From NCBI GenBank assembly GCA_030704615.1, contig CM060732.1:20274001-20338000 (forward strand): DNA of 64,000 nucleotides, written 5' to 3'. Origin of the DNA: Takakia lepidozioides (Eukaryota; Plantae; Bryophyta). The notes beneath the pieces were generated by a model that made no database searches, had not been told where the DNA came from, and saw nothing but the letters and a program-made list of their open reading frames with translations. Both the position numbers and the translations under genes were made by a program. This document shows positions 14,401-26,295 of the stretch, one piece after another. Numbering within the stretch: position 1 is the stretch's first letter; each line of letters opens with the position of its first letter.

Positions 14401-14831
14401 CTGAGGAAGATGTAATCTGAGGCCAAGAACTCATATTTGATGCATATGTCTTGGGTGGTGCTTGGGTTCTCATGGTAGAGCTCACAGTTGAGTGCATGGT
14501 CTGATTATGTTTAGGCATACTTTAAGGACTCTTAACAGCTTGCATTGATGCTGCGCAGGTGTTTGTCCACTTCTTCTTGATGTATGTGCTTCATCGGCTG
14601 CAGGTAATTCCCCTCCCTCCCCTTTCCTCTCTGTGTATTTGTATATCCCCTCCCTCCCTATTTCCTCTCTGTATCTGTTTTGAAATTATTCCTGGAGGTA
14701 GGAACTCTCTAAGATGAAGAGTGTTTTTTATGAAGTGTTCTGGTGGTGTTACCTTTGAAATGCGGCAGGAACAAGCAGTCATTCTCTTTCAGAAAAGCTC
14801 TGGAGGCAGTGAACACGGTGGGTTTGCTTAG
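2473..14831 (+). CDS. GC1: Golgin-84 / golgin candidate 1 (GC1)-like coiled-coil Golgi tether with C-terminal TM anchor; ~21 exons
   Basis: Spliced N-terminus MASWLRAAE|ELFEVVDRK (exons 2473-2500, 4046-4138); large exon 5589-6383; SKEARLAR|VCAGLSSRLQEYKAENAQLEELL; LEKRFRELTELL|YFKQTQLE; C-terminus AKFLDS..GRFLWRRPLARLIALFYL|VFVHFFLMYVLHRLQ|EQA...GFA* (stop 14829-14831). These match plant golgin-84. Exon phases are consistent, with one GC donor at 11621. Confidence 0.93.
2963..3131. repeat. Long inverted repeat (65-nt arms, 4 mismatches, ~39-nt loop) in golgin intron 1
   Basis: Arm 1 (2963-3027) atgttagatgtctgctgaggaagccctt...aact is the reverse complement of arm 2 (3067-3131) agtt...aagggcttcctcagcagacatctaacat. 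Confidence 0.9.
9500..11240 (-). mobile_element. Cluster of decayed non-LTR retrotransposon (LINE) 3' fragments in a golgin intron, including a direct repeat offset by ~430 bp
   Basis: Minus-strand remnants of the LINE C-terminal Cys/His region (C..P.FGRPEDNVHFLIQC; YHFFFSCPTYKEIKGRY*CLFR; GLGLAPLRR). 9600-9740 resembles 10035-10160. A shared tail motif occurs at 9501, ~9860 and 11201. Confidence 0.7.
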
Positions 14832-16942
14832 ATTGGGATGCCTGGGTTCTATGGAAGTTAATTGCTGCAGGAGCAGCACCAATAATCCATGTAATTCTTA
14901 CTGGTCATTTCCTATGCGTGTTGATATTAAGAGCAAGAGACATTCAGGTAGGATTAAAGAAGGAATTATTCGTTTCTCTTCCTACATCTCCTCACATTTT
15001 CAGTCACTGTCGTCTTTCTTAGAAAGGTTGCAATCAGTCAAGTGTCAGTGTGAAAATGGGGTGCAGTGATCTGGAACCAGGTTATGAAGACACTTTAACA
15101 GTACACATCAACCTCTGACAAGAAACAAACTGGTTGAAAGATCCAAATCCAGTCTCCTGGTCAAATGGACATTCTTTACTTTTGATCAAGTAGTGCTACT
15201 TTGGGAGCATAAAAAAAGGTTTCTGAGGAATTTTGTGTAACTATATTCACAATCATGTGAACCAATGCAGAAGTTCATCTAGAATAATTTGTAGTACAAC
15301 TTGCCCGAACAATTGGTATTTAAGAGCAGATCATTGTGATGGCCCTTTCTCGTACTCACAGAGACGGGTCGACTAGTCACCATTGAGTGATCCTAATGCC
15401 AACACCAAATAATTGTAGGTGTAATCTTCACACAATCTCATCTTTTGTGGAATTTTCATTTGGGAGTATGTTGAGGGTTATCAAGTACTTCACTGGAAAG
15501 ACTGTACAGCTTGCAGCTACATTTTGACAATTCATACAATTGTTTAAAGAAATGCAATGTCTTCACTTTGTCATCTACTGCGGCATAGGACAGGTGCGAA
15601 ACTTAATGCCAGGTGCAGTGTGCCCAAAGATGGTTGACACTTTGCACTCCCAAATTGAAAAGCCAAGGACTTGCAATGAATGGAGATTTTCAAAGCTTCC
15701 GGAGTGAAGGATGGTGGAAACATCCACACTGGCAATTGGCGCGGTACATTCCCCTGAAGAATTACCTCATCATTTATCTCCCATCTCTAATCTGCATTAA
15801 CAGGCTTCGCGCTAAAGCAACTGACCACACAACCCCACCTCAAAACTCTCAAGAGAGAGTAGGCTGTACATCCACAATTGAGACAATTCAAGACCATGAC
15901 AAGTCACCTTGCTCTGGCCAAAACCAGATACAACCCTACCATTTGGCCAACAGCGTGTATTTCTAAGTCTTCTTGACATCCGAATGTAGAAGGTGGAAAC
16001 AATCCAAAGGGGAAGTTTGCTTCAGTGCAAATCTCTCTTTTAAATCTCTCATTCCAAAACTGCGCAGTTGATCACTATACAATTCTATTTGCAGACACCT
16101 GGATTATCTATGTAGGAAACTCCAGACTGTACTTACAGTTGATCAGAACAGTGGCATGGTTGATGAACGATTGGCAGACTCGAGAGACATGGTTGCAACC
16201 AAATTCCCGGATGTGTATGACCGAGGAATTTGGAAATGCTTCAGAATTCACCACATCTAACAGCCGGACCCCATGTAATGCAACAGTTCAATGACCTCGC
16301 TTCCACTCCAAAACAGTGGAGTGTGGCATCACAGAACTGGTCCACAACCCTAAGACCCAAGCACGACCTACATCCCCTCTCCCGCAACAGCCCACATTCC
16401 TTCAGTCCACTCACCATGCAGCCATGCGCTTAAGCAGTCAAGAGCCTCTCAACACAAGCCCCATAAACGCAACTTCTGACGAAATTCCAGGAAAGCGTGC
16501 AAGAACACTACAATGAGGGCTACTTCAGAGAACACAGACATGAGGACAGGATTAACAGGGACGAAGATACTTCAAAACTAAGACTTAAATGAGAGAAAAG
16601 TATCAAGATTTTGTAGTCTTCACAAAACCAAGGCATGCGGGGCATATAGATCACCACCGCCCACTCCCTCCCTCCCTGCTCTTCAACTGTAGCCTCGTAG
16701 GTATTCCATTTCCGTCCCATAAAAGAATACACTACTTCGGGAATGGGCAGTCAGCCCAAAAGAGCTAACTAACAGAGGATCGCTATATACGGAACCTTGC
16801 TTGGACTAGGACGAAGCTCGTACCCCAAGGCACCAACTGCTTTCTTGACTAAAAGCTTTAGCATCGCGAGTCAAGCGATATTTCCTCCGACCTCCCCCAC
16901 AGCAAAAAACTTCCGCGACATAGCAACACACCGCAGGCCAAC

Positions 16943-17364
16943 CTACTTGGATCGTTGCCTCATCTTCCTGCGTTTGCGCTTCAACCGCCTCATACGTTTT
17001 TTCTTCCACTGTATTCCATCCAGACCCAGCCAACAATACCCCGGCCAGCTCAAACTACCGATAACTGGTTGCCAATTCGAAATCTTTCTCTACTTTCAGT
17101 GTTTTGGTGTGACTTCCAGAAATTATAACACACATTGGCAACACATTATAGAAACACCCTCTACAAAAGCATTGAAAGTTTCAGGAGAGATTCTGACAGA
17201 ACCTTTCACACAACAACTTCACTTTGTCGGCCCATTTTGTACTCACACATCAACACAAAACCCATGTAGGAAGCATAGATTCTACGAATCCAAGTGACCC
17301 AAGAGAAAAGTAGACATGCGTAAGAGGAGACAGAAAAGAGGGAGTGGCAAACCTTAGCCCTCAT
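16943..17364 (-). CDS. RPL41: 60S ribosomal protein L41, copy B; 2 exons (17364-17353, 17008-16943)
   Basis: ATG AGG GCT AAG|GT ... CAG|TGG AAG AAA AAA CGT ATG AGG CGG TTG AAG CGC AAA CGC AGG AAG ATG AGG CAA CGA TCC AAG TAG. Same protein and intron position as copy A; only synonymous differences. Confidence 0.97.
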
Positions 17365-17836
17365 CTCGACGAAGCAGACCCTGTAGAGCGCAGCAGCGTT
17401 GATGTGATCGCTCTGCCGCAGTGCGAGGGAAAGAAAGAAGAAGACTGGCGGCTCCTAACCCTACATCAAGCCCCTTGCATGTCATGGATGACTCTCGGAT
17501 GAGTTTGTATTCATGAAAAGTAACACCTACGAATGAATCTTGGTGTTTTCTGATGGGACGAATTTTGGGTTGGATGAATTATGCACCTGTTTATTTATTT
17601 ATTTGCTGCTTCAAGCGCAAGGTGTTCGTTCATGGCACTAGTGTAATCCGTTCCGACAGGCCTTCTGGAACTGGACATGGCACCAGCATGCAGTGTTCCA
17701 TCTTCCCGCTCAGCTTCGCTTCATCAACTCTAACACCAACCAAAGCGTCCACTACGTCGCTGTCTCACAGGTACAAACTTGAGCAGTGATCGACATGAAT
17801 ATAAATTGGGGCGGGTGTAATGACCGAGCTAACTAC

Positions 17837-18386
17837 TTAGGATTTGAAGATCACAGCTCACATTCATGTGCATATAACAGGTCCCGGTATAACATGGTAC
17901 CGGTTCAAAGGAAATGTGCACGCTGCTCCACGCAATTGGTAGATCTTGATAGAAATAACAGATAGAGACTAATGTAATTGTAGATTATATATTCATAGAA
18001 TAAGCTCTTCTCACAACACGAGAAATAGAGCTTGTCTCTTACATGAAGAGTCAGGAGTGAAGTGTCAAGGTAACCGTCAAGTTCCCTTAGGATTTGAAGA
18101 TCACAGCTCACATTCATGTGCATATAACATGGTCCCGGTATAACATGCTACCGGTTCAAGGGAAATGTGCACGCTGCTCCACGCAAGTGGTAGATCTTGA
18201 TAGAAATAACAGATAGAGACTAATGTAATTGTAGATTATATATTCATAGAATAAGCTCTTCTCACAACACGAGAAATAGAGCTTGTCTCTTACATGAAGA
18301 GTCAGGAGTGAAGTGTCAAGGTAACCGTCAAGTTCCCTTACTAATACTGACTTACTAATCTATTGGATGAACTCATCCTTCTAACA
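17837..18386 (-). repeat. 3' LTR of Copia element A, containing a ~250-bp tandem duplication
   Basis: 17837-18086 is nearly identical to 18087-18337, with CTTA microhomology at the junctions. On the minus strand the LTR starts TGTTAGAAGG at 18386, preceded by PPT AAGTGGGGG (18387-18395). Confidence 0.75.
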
Positions 18387-20115
18387 CCCCCACTTAGATT
18401 GTGGGTGAGTGTAAGTGTAAGTGTATCACTGAAAGTAAATAATGAAAAGGACATGAATAAGCTAAGATTTGTCTAAAGTTTGATCAGGCTATAAATTACC
18501 ATGAATTCACACATAAATGCCCAACTTTAAACCTTGAAATACTTTCAGCAAAATGTCATAAGTCAAAGGACTGTGGTGCCAAGCCCAGCAACACATTTCT
18601 CCTGCTTGAACTTGGTCAAAGACTTCGTAAAAATATCAGCAAGGTTATCTTCTGTTTTACAGTATTGCAACTCGATAAAGCCTCTTGAAATAACATCACA
18701 GATATAATGATATTGTACTTTAATATGTTTGGTCCGTGCATGAAAGACTTGATTATGTGATAAAGTAATGCAACTTTGATTATCACAGTTAAGTAGTGTA
18801 GAAGAAGGTTGAGGATGTACAACGTCTTGTAATAGTTGTCTTAACCAAATAGCCTCTTTTGAAGCTTAGCTGCCTTGTATTCAGCTCTCTACTTGACAAA
18901 GCAACAATACTTTGGCGTTTACTGCTCCAACTTATTGCACCACCTCCAAGAATGTATATATATCCGGTAGTAGATTTGCGACCATCAATATCACCTTCCC
19001 AATCAGCATCACAATATCCAACCAATACTATAGCCTGGCTAGAGTGATGAAATGAGTAGTTAATACCTCGAGCAGATGAGCCTTTAAGATATCGTAATAT
19101 TCTCTTCACAACATTCCAATGTGATTGACCTAAATTGGATGAATATTGAGCAACTTCCCCCACCGCAAAGGCTATATCTGGTCGAGTGCACACCATTGCA
19201 TAGATGATACAACCCACTGCTTGTTGATAGGGAATAGTTAGCCTCGCTTGACGATCTTCAGGAATGACAGGACATTGCGTTTAGCATTTACCTCCAAAGG
19301 TGCCCCAAGAGGTTTGCTATCTTTCATATAAAAACGGTGAAGAATAGGTTCAATATAATTATGCTAAGTTAAAGTGATGTTGTGGGTATTAGAATGACGA
19401 TGAATTTGTATGCCCTTTGAATATAATGAACTGGGCCATTATCAATCATTTCATAAGTACAGTGAAGTTTATTCTTTGTGTCCAACAATAAAGCTGAGTT
19501 ATTGCAAAATAAAAGTGCATCATCCACATATAAAGCAAGGATTGTAATAAAACTTTGAAAAGGCTTAACATACACATTAGAGTCAGAGGAACTGCGATGA
19601 AAACCAACACCTTGAAGATCTGCGTCTATTCGTTCATACCACACTCGAGGAGCCTGTTTAAGTCCATACAAACTCCCAAGCATGCGACAGACTTTTGTTT
19701 CATGGCCAGGCTGAACAAAACCCTCGGGCTGAGTCATATAAATTTCCTCTTTTAATGTGCCATGTAGAAAAGCCGTCTTGACATCCATTTGATGGACAAC
19801 CCAATTATGGATGACAGCCAAGGCTAACAAAGTACGAATGGAAGTTATTTTAACAATAGGAGAGAAAGTGTGTTGATAATTTACCCCCCACAGCTACTTG
19901 TGAATAGCCCTTGGCAACAAGACGTACTTTATAGCGTTCAACAGTGCCATCAGCTTTAAGCTTAATTTTGAAGAGCCATTTACATTGCATAGGTTTACGT
20001 CCAACTGGCTAAGTAACTAAGTCCCAAGTATGATTCTTGATAACAAAGTCATATTCGGAGGTAATTGCCTCTTGCCAATATGGATGATTAGACCGAGTGA
20101 TGGCTTCACGATAGG
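17837..20115 (-). mobile_element. 5'-truncated, frameshifted Ty1/Copia LTR retrotransposon A (RT and RNase H remnant, PPT, 3' LTR)
   Basis: CKWLFKIK..RYKVRLVAKGY, HQMDVKTAFLHG, SLYGLKQAPRVW, LYVDD, TRPDIA, YCDADW.GD.DGRKSTTGY. Several frameshifts; no gag, integrase or 5' LTR found. Confidence 0.9.
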
Positions 20116-20542
20116 GGCTTCACCATAGGACAAGGGCTCTGTCAAATCAGATTCAATCTCTAATATTGAGTATATGCAACTTGTCATCTATCCATTATTA
20201 TATGCATTTGTAGGTTGCATGGGATTGTGAATTGCTCTTATCATAGTGCGCTTCTGTTATTTGATCTGTGGCTTCCAGTGCACCATACTTGATTCATTCT
20301 TAGGATGAGCTCTTGCCAATCAACATTGGGATCTGATCACCACTGTAGTGGTTCAGTCCAATGAATCTGCAATAACTGAGGAGTTGCTGAGATAAGCTCT
20401 GCAGGCTGCAGTTGATACTTTGACCCTGGGAGACTGAAAGAGAGGTGTGTAATGGTGGTGGGTTCTCATGAAGTATTCTTTTTGCAGAGATGGCAGCCTG
20501 CAATTTCCCGCATGGGTTCATGTGGGGTGTGGATGGTCATGG

Positions 20543-23500
20543 TGTTAGAGAGTCTGTTCACTTCAGTGTAACTGATGCTCCCTGAATAGCAAGGTGAATA
20601 TTGTTAGATACTTTTGTTATTCATGTCATGACAGACAGAGAAAAGGCAGATGAGTGTAGATAGGAATAGCACTAGGACCTAAATATCTAAAGATGAAGTT
20701 TGTGTATTTAAGTAGGCACTTCAGGCCATTGATTCAATCTCTTTCAATCTCTCTGGAATAAAATGTGTCTCTCCAGAAACGTGTCTTTGTCTCTGTTTCT
20801 ATATAATTAGCATAGTTGTATGCCAGAGTACTCATCGTTTTCCTCCTGTGAAAATCCTGAAGTTAAGTCATCATGACTTCTAGTACAACCAGCTCTAGGA
20901 AGAATTCAGGTCAACAGGTTATGGGCCCACAGGGTTCAGATGAGGTAGTGTCAAAGCTCCTACAGACATCACTCCCAAAATTTGGAGGTGAGAACTTCCA
21001 TCTATGGAAGTTTAAGATGTCCATGGTACTGAAAGAGAGGAAGCTTTGGAACATAGTGAAGGGCACTGAGCATAGACCTTCAGAAAGTGATACCGCAAAT
21101 AGGTTGCAGTATGATGAGAGGGATCAGAGAGCACAGGCTCTAGTTGTTCTAAGTTTACAGGACTCTGAATTGATGCATGTGTGTACAGCTACAACGGCTA
21201 AAGAGACATGGATAAGTTGGAGGCTCATTATGAGCAGAAGGCATTAGCAAACAAACTATACCTTCTCAGACAGCTGATGAACATATAGATGCAGTCAGGA
21301 GACACCATGACAAGTCACATCAATAAGCTTAAAGAGTTGTCACTACAGCTAGATGCAGTGGGAGAGTCAGTGAGTGATGGCATGTTAGTAATGATTTTGT
21401 TATTAAGCTTGCCAGAGAACTATCACAACCTCATTACTGTTTTAGAGACTAGGACAGATGCTCTAACGTTGGAACTTGTAAGTGGGAGGTTGCTGCATGA
21501 GGAGTTGGAGATGAAGATGAAGATAGAAGGGACATCTTCAAGTGATGAAAAAGCCTTCTATGTACAGAAGCTGAAGGGGAAACCCAAACAAGAGTCATAT
21601 GGACAAAAAAAGCAACAACCGCAGAACAAGTTCAAGCGGAGAGGCAACTGTAACAATTGCCATGAGCCTGGCCATTGGGCACGAGAATGCCCGCATCCAA
21701 AGAGGTCCGGAGAGAAAGGGCAAACACATACAGTTGAGAATGCTTTTGTTTCAGGTCCAGAAGCTTCAGGGAGCTAGTATGTTGACTCTGGTGCATCACA
21801 ACATATGTCTTTTCAGAAAAAATTATCCTCAAATTTGAAGGAGATTCCTAAGACTATGATTTACTTGGGAGATAATTCGATACAAGAGGCTGTGGGAAAA
21901 TGATCTATAGTTATTGACATGTTAGTCAATAACAAGGTAGAAAAGGGTCGTCTGCATGATTTCCTATTTGTGCCAGGTTTGGCCAAGAACCTTTTCTCAG
22001 TCAGTAAGGCTACAGCCAAGAACTTAACTGTTGAGTTCAGTAGCCGAAATTGTCGGATCAAAGATGATTCTGGAAAGATCATAGCAGAAGCTGTGAGGGA
22101 TGGTAGACTGTACAGATTGCTTTGTAGCTCAGAGCTGGCAGATGAATATGCTCATCTTGGAAGAGAGCAAAAACAAGATGTGTCACTTTGGCACAGAAGA
22201 ATGGGACATCTTAGTGTTTCAGGGCTTCAGCAAATGCAAAAACTTGATCTAATGGATGGAATGGACGTTAGGCCATGGGAAGCTAATCTACAGGGTTGCA
22301 AAGGTTGCTTGTTTGGCAAGCAGAAGAGACTTCCTTTTGCAAGTGGTGAAGCAAACAGAGCTTCTAAGCCCTTGGAGTTAGTGCACTCCGATATATGTGG
22401 ACCCATGAAGAACAGCTCTTTGGGAGGCTGGGATGGCAAACACTACAAATTATGGGATCCTGAGAAGAGAAAGATGGTGACCAGTCGGGATGTAGTGGTA
22501 TTGGAGAACACTACAGAAGTACCAGAGACTGATGAACAGATTCCGGAAACAAGCTTTAAGGAGGAGCTTCCAATAGAGATTTGGAATCATTTGGAAGCAC
22601 AAGAGCCAGTGGGAGAAGTGGAACAACGGGCAACTGAAGTGGAGCCCTTACCATCCATTCAACCTAAAGTGGCAGAGTTGCAGCCAAGGCGAGGTGAGCG
22701 AATCAAAAAACCCACAAAGATCTTTGGAAGCTTTGTTGAGGATGAAGCGACCAACATTTTGGAAATGGAGGAGCCCAAGAATGTTAAGGAAGCAAGAATG
22801 GGAGACCAAGCCAAAGAGTGGGAAGCATCTATGAGGGATGAGCTGAAGTCCCTTGAGGAGAACAAGACTTGGAAGTTGGCTACCTTACCACCTGGAAGAC
22901 AAGCCATTGGTTGTAAGTGGGTCTTCCGCATCAAGCGAAATGCTAGAGGAGAAGTGGAGAGGTACAAAGCCAGATTAGTGGCTAAGGGGTATGCTCAAAC
23001 ACAAGGCATTTATTTAAATGAAACATTTGCTCATGTGGCTAAGTTTGTCTCCATTCGCACGTTGTTGGCTCTTGGAGCAATCCATGATTTGGAACTACAT
23101 CAAATGGACGTAAAGACTACCTTTCTCAATGGTGAGATCGAAGAAGAGATTTACATGCAACTTCCAGAGGGGTTGCAAGTGAAGGAGAATGAGCAAACAC
23201 TTGTTTGCAAGCTTCTCAAGTCTTTCTACGGATTGAAGCAGGCACCAAGAGCTTGGTACCAGAGGTTTGATAATTTCCTAACAAAACATGGATTCCTGCT
23301 ATGTGATTCGGATCATAGCGTCTATGTTCTAGGAAGTGGGGAGAGCATTTTGATCTTGGCAGTATATGTGGATGATCTAATCTTGCTTTGCAAATCACTG
23401 GACAAGGTCAATGAAATCAAGAAGATCTTGTCTTTTGAGTTTCAAATGAGAGACCTTGGGGAAGCAAAATACCTATTAGGCATTCAGATCATAAGGGATA

Positions 23501-24658
23501 GAGTGCAAGGAACCATTTCACTTAGTCAGGCTCATTACATCAGCCAGATCCTTAAGAGGTTCAATTCATCTCATTCAAGAGCGTTCGCAACCACATCGCC
23601 TCCTTTGCAGCTTGGGAAACTGCCATGTATTCAACCTTTGTAGTAGACAGAGCAACTGTAGGTTACTTTTTATTATCCAGCTGATTGCGCCACTGCCCAA
23701 AGTAAAGACATAACCTGTGGTGGACTTCCTACTATCCAAGTCCCCACCCCAATCTGAATCACAACTGCCTTCCAAAGCATCATTTGTTCCAGCCTTAAAC
23801 TGCAGAACCATCTGTTGAGTCCCTTTCAAATACCTGAATATTCTCTTGAGTGCTTTCCAGTGAGCAATCCCCGGATTTGCCATAAATTGACTCACCATTC
23901 CAACTGCAACTGCTATATCTGGTCTAGTGCCTGTCATAGCATACATCAGACTGCCAATAGCTTGACAGTATGGAACCTCATCCTGCTCCTCCTTTGTCTG
24001 GGGTTCATTCATCCAAGAGAAGGCAACCCCGATCAAGAGCGATAACCAAGGTAGCCTTGCTTTGATTAAAAATCCAGTCTTTCATGCTCGAACCAAGCAT
24101 GTTGATATTCAACATCATTTTGTCAGGGAGCAAGTCCTTGCGCAAAAGATTGTCTTTCATTATTGTAAGACAGAGGAGCTGACAGCTGACATTTTGACAA
24201 AAGGTGTTCCAAGACCGAAGTTGGAACAATGTAGAATGTAGCTAGGGTTATGTGAACAATGAAGATTCACAAAGTGGGAGTGTTAGAGAGTTTGTTCACT
24301 TCAGTGTAACTGATGCTCCCTGAATAGCAAGTTGGATATTGTTAGATACTTTTGCTATTCATGTCATGACAGACAGAGAAAAGGCAGAGGAGTGCAGATA
24401 GGAATAGTACTAGGACTTCAAATAGAAATATCTAAAGTTGAGGTTTGTGTATTTAAGTAGGCACTTCAGGCCATTGAATCAATCTCTTTCAATCTCTCTC
24501 AAAGTGTGTCTCTCCAAAAACCTGTCTTTGTCTCTGTTTCTATATAGTTAGCATAGTTGTATGCTAGAGTACTCATCGTCTTTCTTCCTGTGAAAATCTT
24601 GAAGTTAAGTCATCATGACTTTTGGTACAACCAGCTCTAGGAAGAATTCAGGTCAACA
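20543..24658 (+). mobile_element. Ty1/Copia LTR retrotransposon B with both LTRs; internally deleted and rearranged
   Basis: 5' LTR 20543-20916 and 3' LTR 24281-24658, both TGTTAGAG...TCAACA. 5-bp TSD catgg/caggg (one mismatch). PBS GGTTATGGGCCCA at 20917; PPT AAAGTGGGAG 24271-24280. Gag with CNNCHEPGHWAREC knuckle, protease (stop)YVDSGASQHM, LWHRRMGH..CKGC, RT YVDD. Confidence 0.96.
20873..24240 (+). pseudogene. Copia B gag-pol, disrupted by frameshifts, stops, integrase core deletion and an inverted RT/RNase H segment
   Basis: ORFs 20873-21247, 21289-21777 and 21919-23643 (+); 23575-24036 (-); the RNase H end (DNQG..NPVFHARTKHVDI..ADILTK) resumes on + at ~24020. Confidence 0.9.
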
Positions 24659-26102
24659 CAGGGGGGGAACAAAATACAAGGAGTGGGAGGGGGTCGCTAT
24701 TATGTGGTGCGAAAAGAAGGGGGAAAAAATCATTTCCAGATACCTGTAGGTTGGAGGCAAAGATGGGAGAGGGGTTCTCCAAGATCAACGAGGGCCTAGC
24801 AAAGTTGTCTACTGATATAGTAGATGAAGTAGCAAAGCTGTCTACAACATTGCAAGTTGACACAGGGAAGTTGAAGGGTGGCCTCGTAGAGGTTTCCACA
24901 GGTTTGGAGAAATGTGAGGTGCAAATTGCTTCTCTGAATGGCAATGTAAAAAAAAATTCTGTTATTGGCATTGCTGTTGGGATTGCAGGGATCTCCGATG
25001 AGCCATGGGTATGGCGTGCCTCTGTGAAGGAGTGCATGAAGATCTCTGAGTGTGTGAAGATTTCTATGCAATAGATCAAAGCTGAAGCAGATTTTGAATC
25101 TATGACGTCCGCGGCATACCATTTGACATCTCATGGATAGGAAATTTTTCTTAACAAAATATTTGTTGATCCTATTCTAACCAAGGAATGTAAGTCTAGC
25201 CAAATGATGCAGAGACAACTTTTCATGAATTTAATCATATTTATTATTGGGTTGCACTGAAGGTTATTTCATGTTGAAAAGTATATGATGTGACGATACA
25301 TGTAGAGGCGCTATAGAGATGATGAACCGATGATATCATTTATCTATCTTAAAAAAAAAATCATCGATGTGTTTCTAATCCTCAGTGTCTTCCGCCTTGA
25401 AGGCTTTTTGGATTCCCAAGCCAGAGTTTTACGTAGTGAGATAACAGATGATAGAAGAGAGTTTTAGAGAGTTTTAGAGGATACATGGCTCTATCAATTG
25501 GTGGTCAAGACTACATGTAGCTACCTAAATGTAGTGGGTGCTCCTTGAGCTGTGATAATGTCCTACAGTTTCATTTTTCCCGTGGAAAGAATAGTAAGTC
25601 CACCGATGATAAGAGTATTCCTTCATTCACACGAGAATAGGTGTGTAAAGCCCCATACTTGCTTACGCCTGGAAATAACCCGTTTAATCCAAAACGGCGA
25701 TACACATTCATAGTATATTTTTTTGGTGTATAAAGCCGTTAATTCGTTACAATGATGTCTAGGTTAGGGTTAGTTTAGGCCGGTGGCTCGATCCTGGCCC
25801 TTCATCAGATCTAGGGCTACAAGGCAGCGCCGTGGACTTTGGCCTATGATGCCTCGCCACGCGGCAGGCCACCATGGTTAGGGCTTTTGTATAAAGACGA
25901 CGCCCTGACACAAGGTCAGGGCGGTGTATTCAGGTGTTAGTGTATATGTGATTTGGGTGTACAAACTTTGGATGAGAGCTCTTGTGTGTCAGATCCGCCC
26001 GCTTGATCCTCCTCTCGCGCATTGCCTACTCTTTCGCTTGTCCCTTTGTTGTGAAAACACGTTTCTTGAGAGGAAGGGAGTATATGCTTCAGGCTCGTTT
26101 TG

Positions 26103-26120
26103 TGGTGGAGACGCCGGGTA
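26103..26120 (+). promoter_or_regulatory. Primer-binding site, tRNA-Ala-like
   Basis: TGGTGGAGACGCCGGG is complementary to a ...CCCGGCRUCUCCACCA 3' end typical of eukaryotic tRNA-Ala, and lies directly after the sequence shared by the two LTRs. Confidence 0.7.
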
Positions 26121-26295
26121 GCGTCTAGGTGTTTTAGCATCCACTGCCCGCCCTGACAACATTTGTTGGGTTGTTGATCTTTTGCTCTTTGCTCTCTAGA
26201 GTCTTGTTTGATGGTGGCCAGCCACCTTGTGATGTTTTCTCCTGCTATTTCGTATTTGCTTTCTCACCCTGCTCGTTGTGCTATGCTGTAGGACG

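Noticed and set aside
25760-25780. Telomere-like TTAGGG in the Gypsy LTR
   Set aside because: Only 2-3 degenerate units, present in both LTRs; not an interstitial telomere array.
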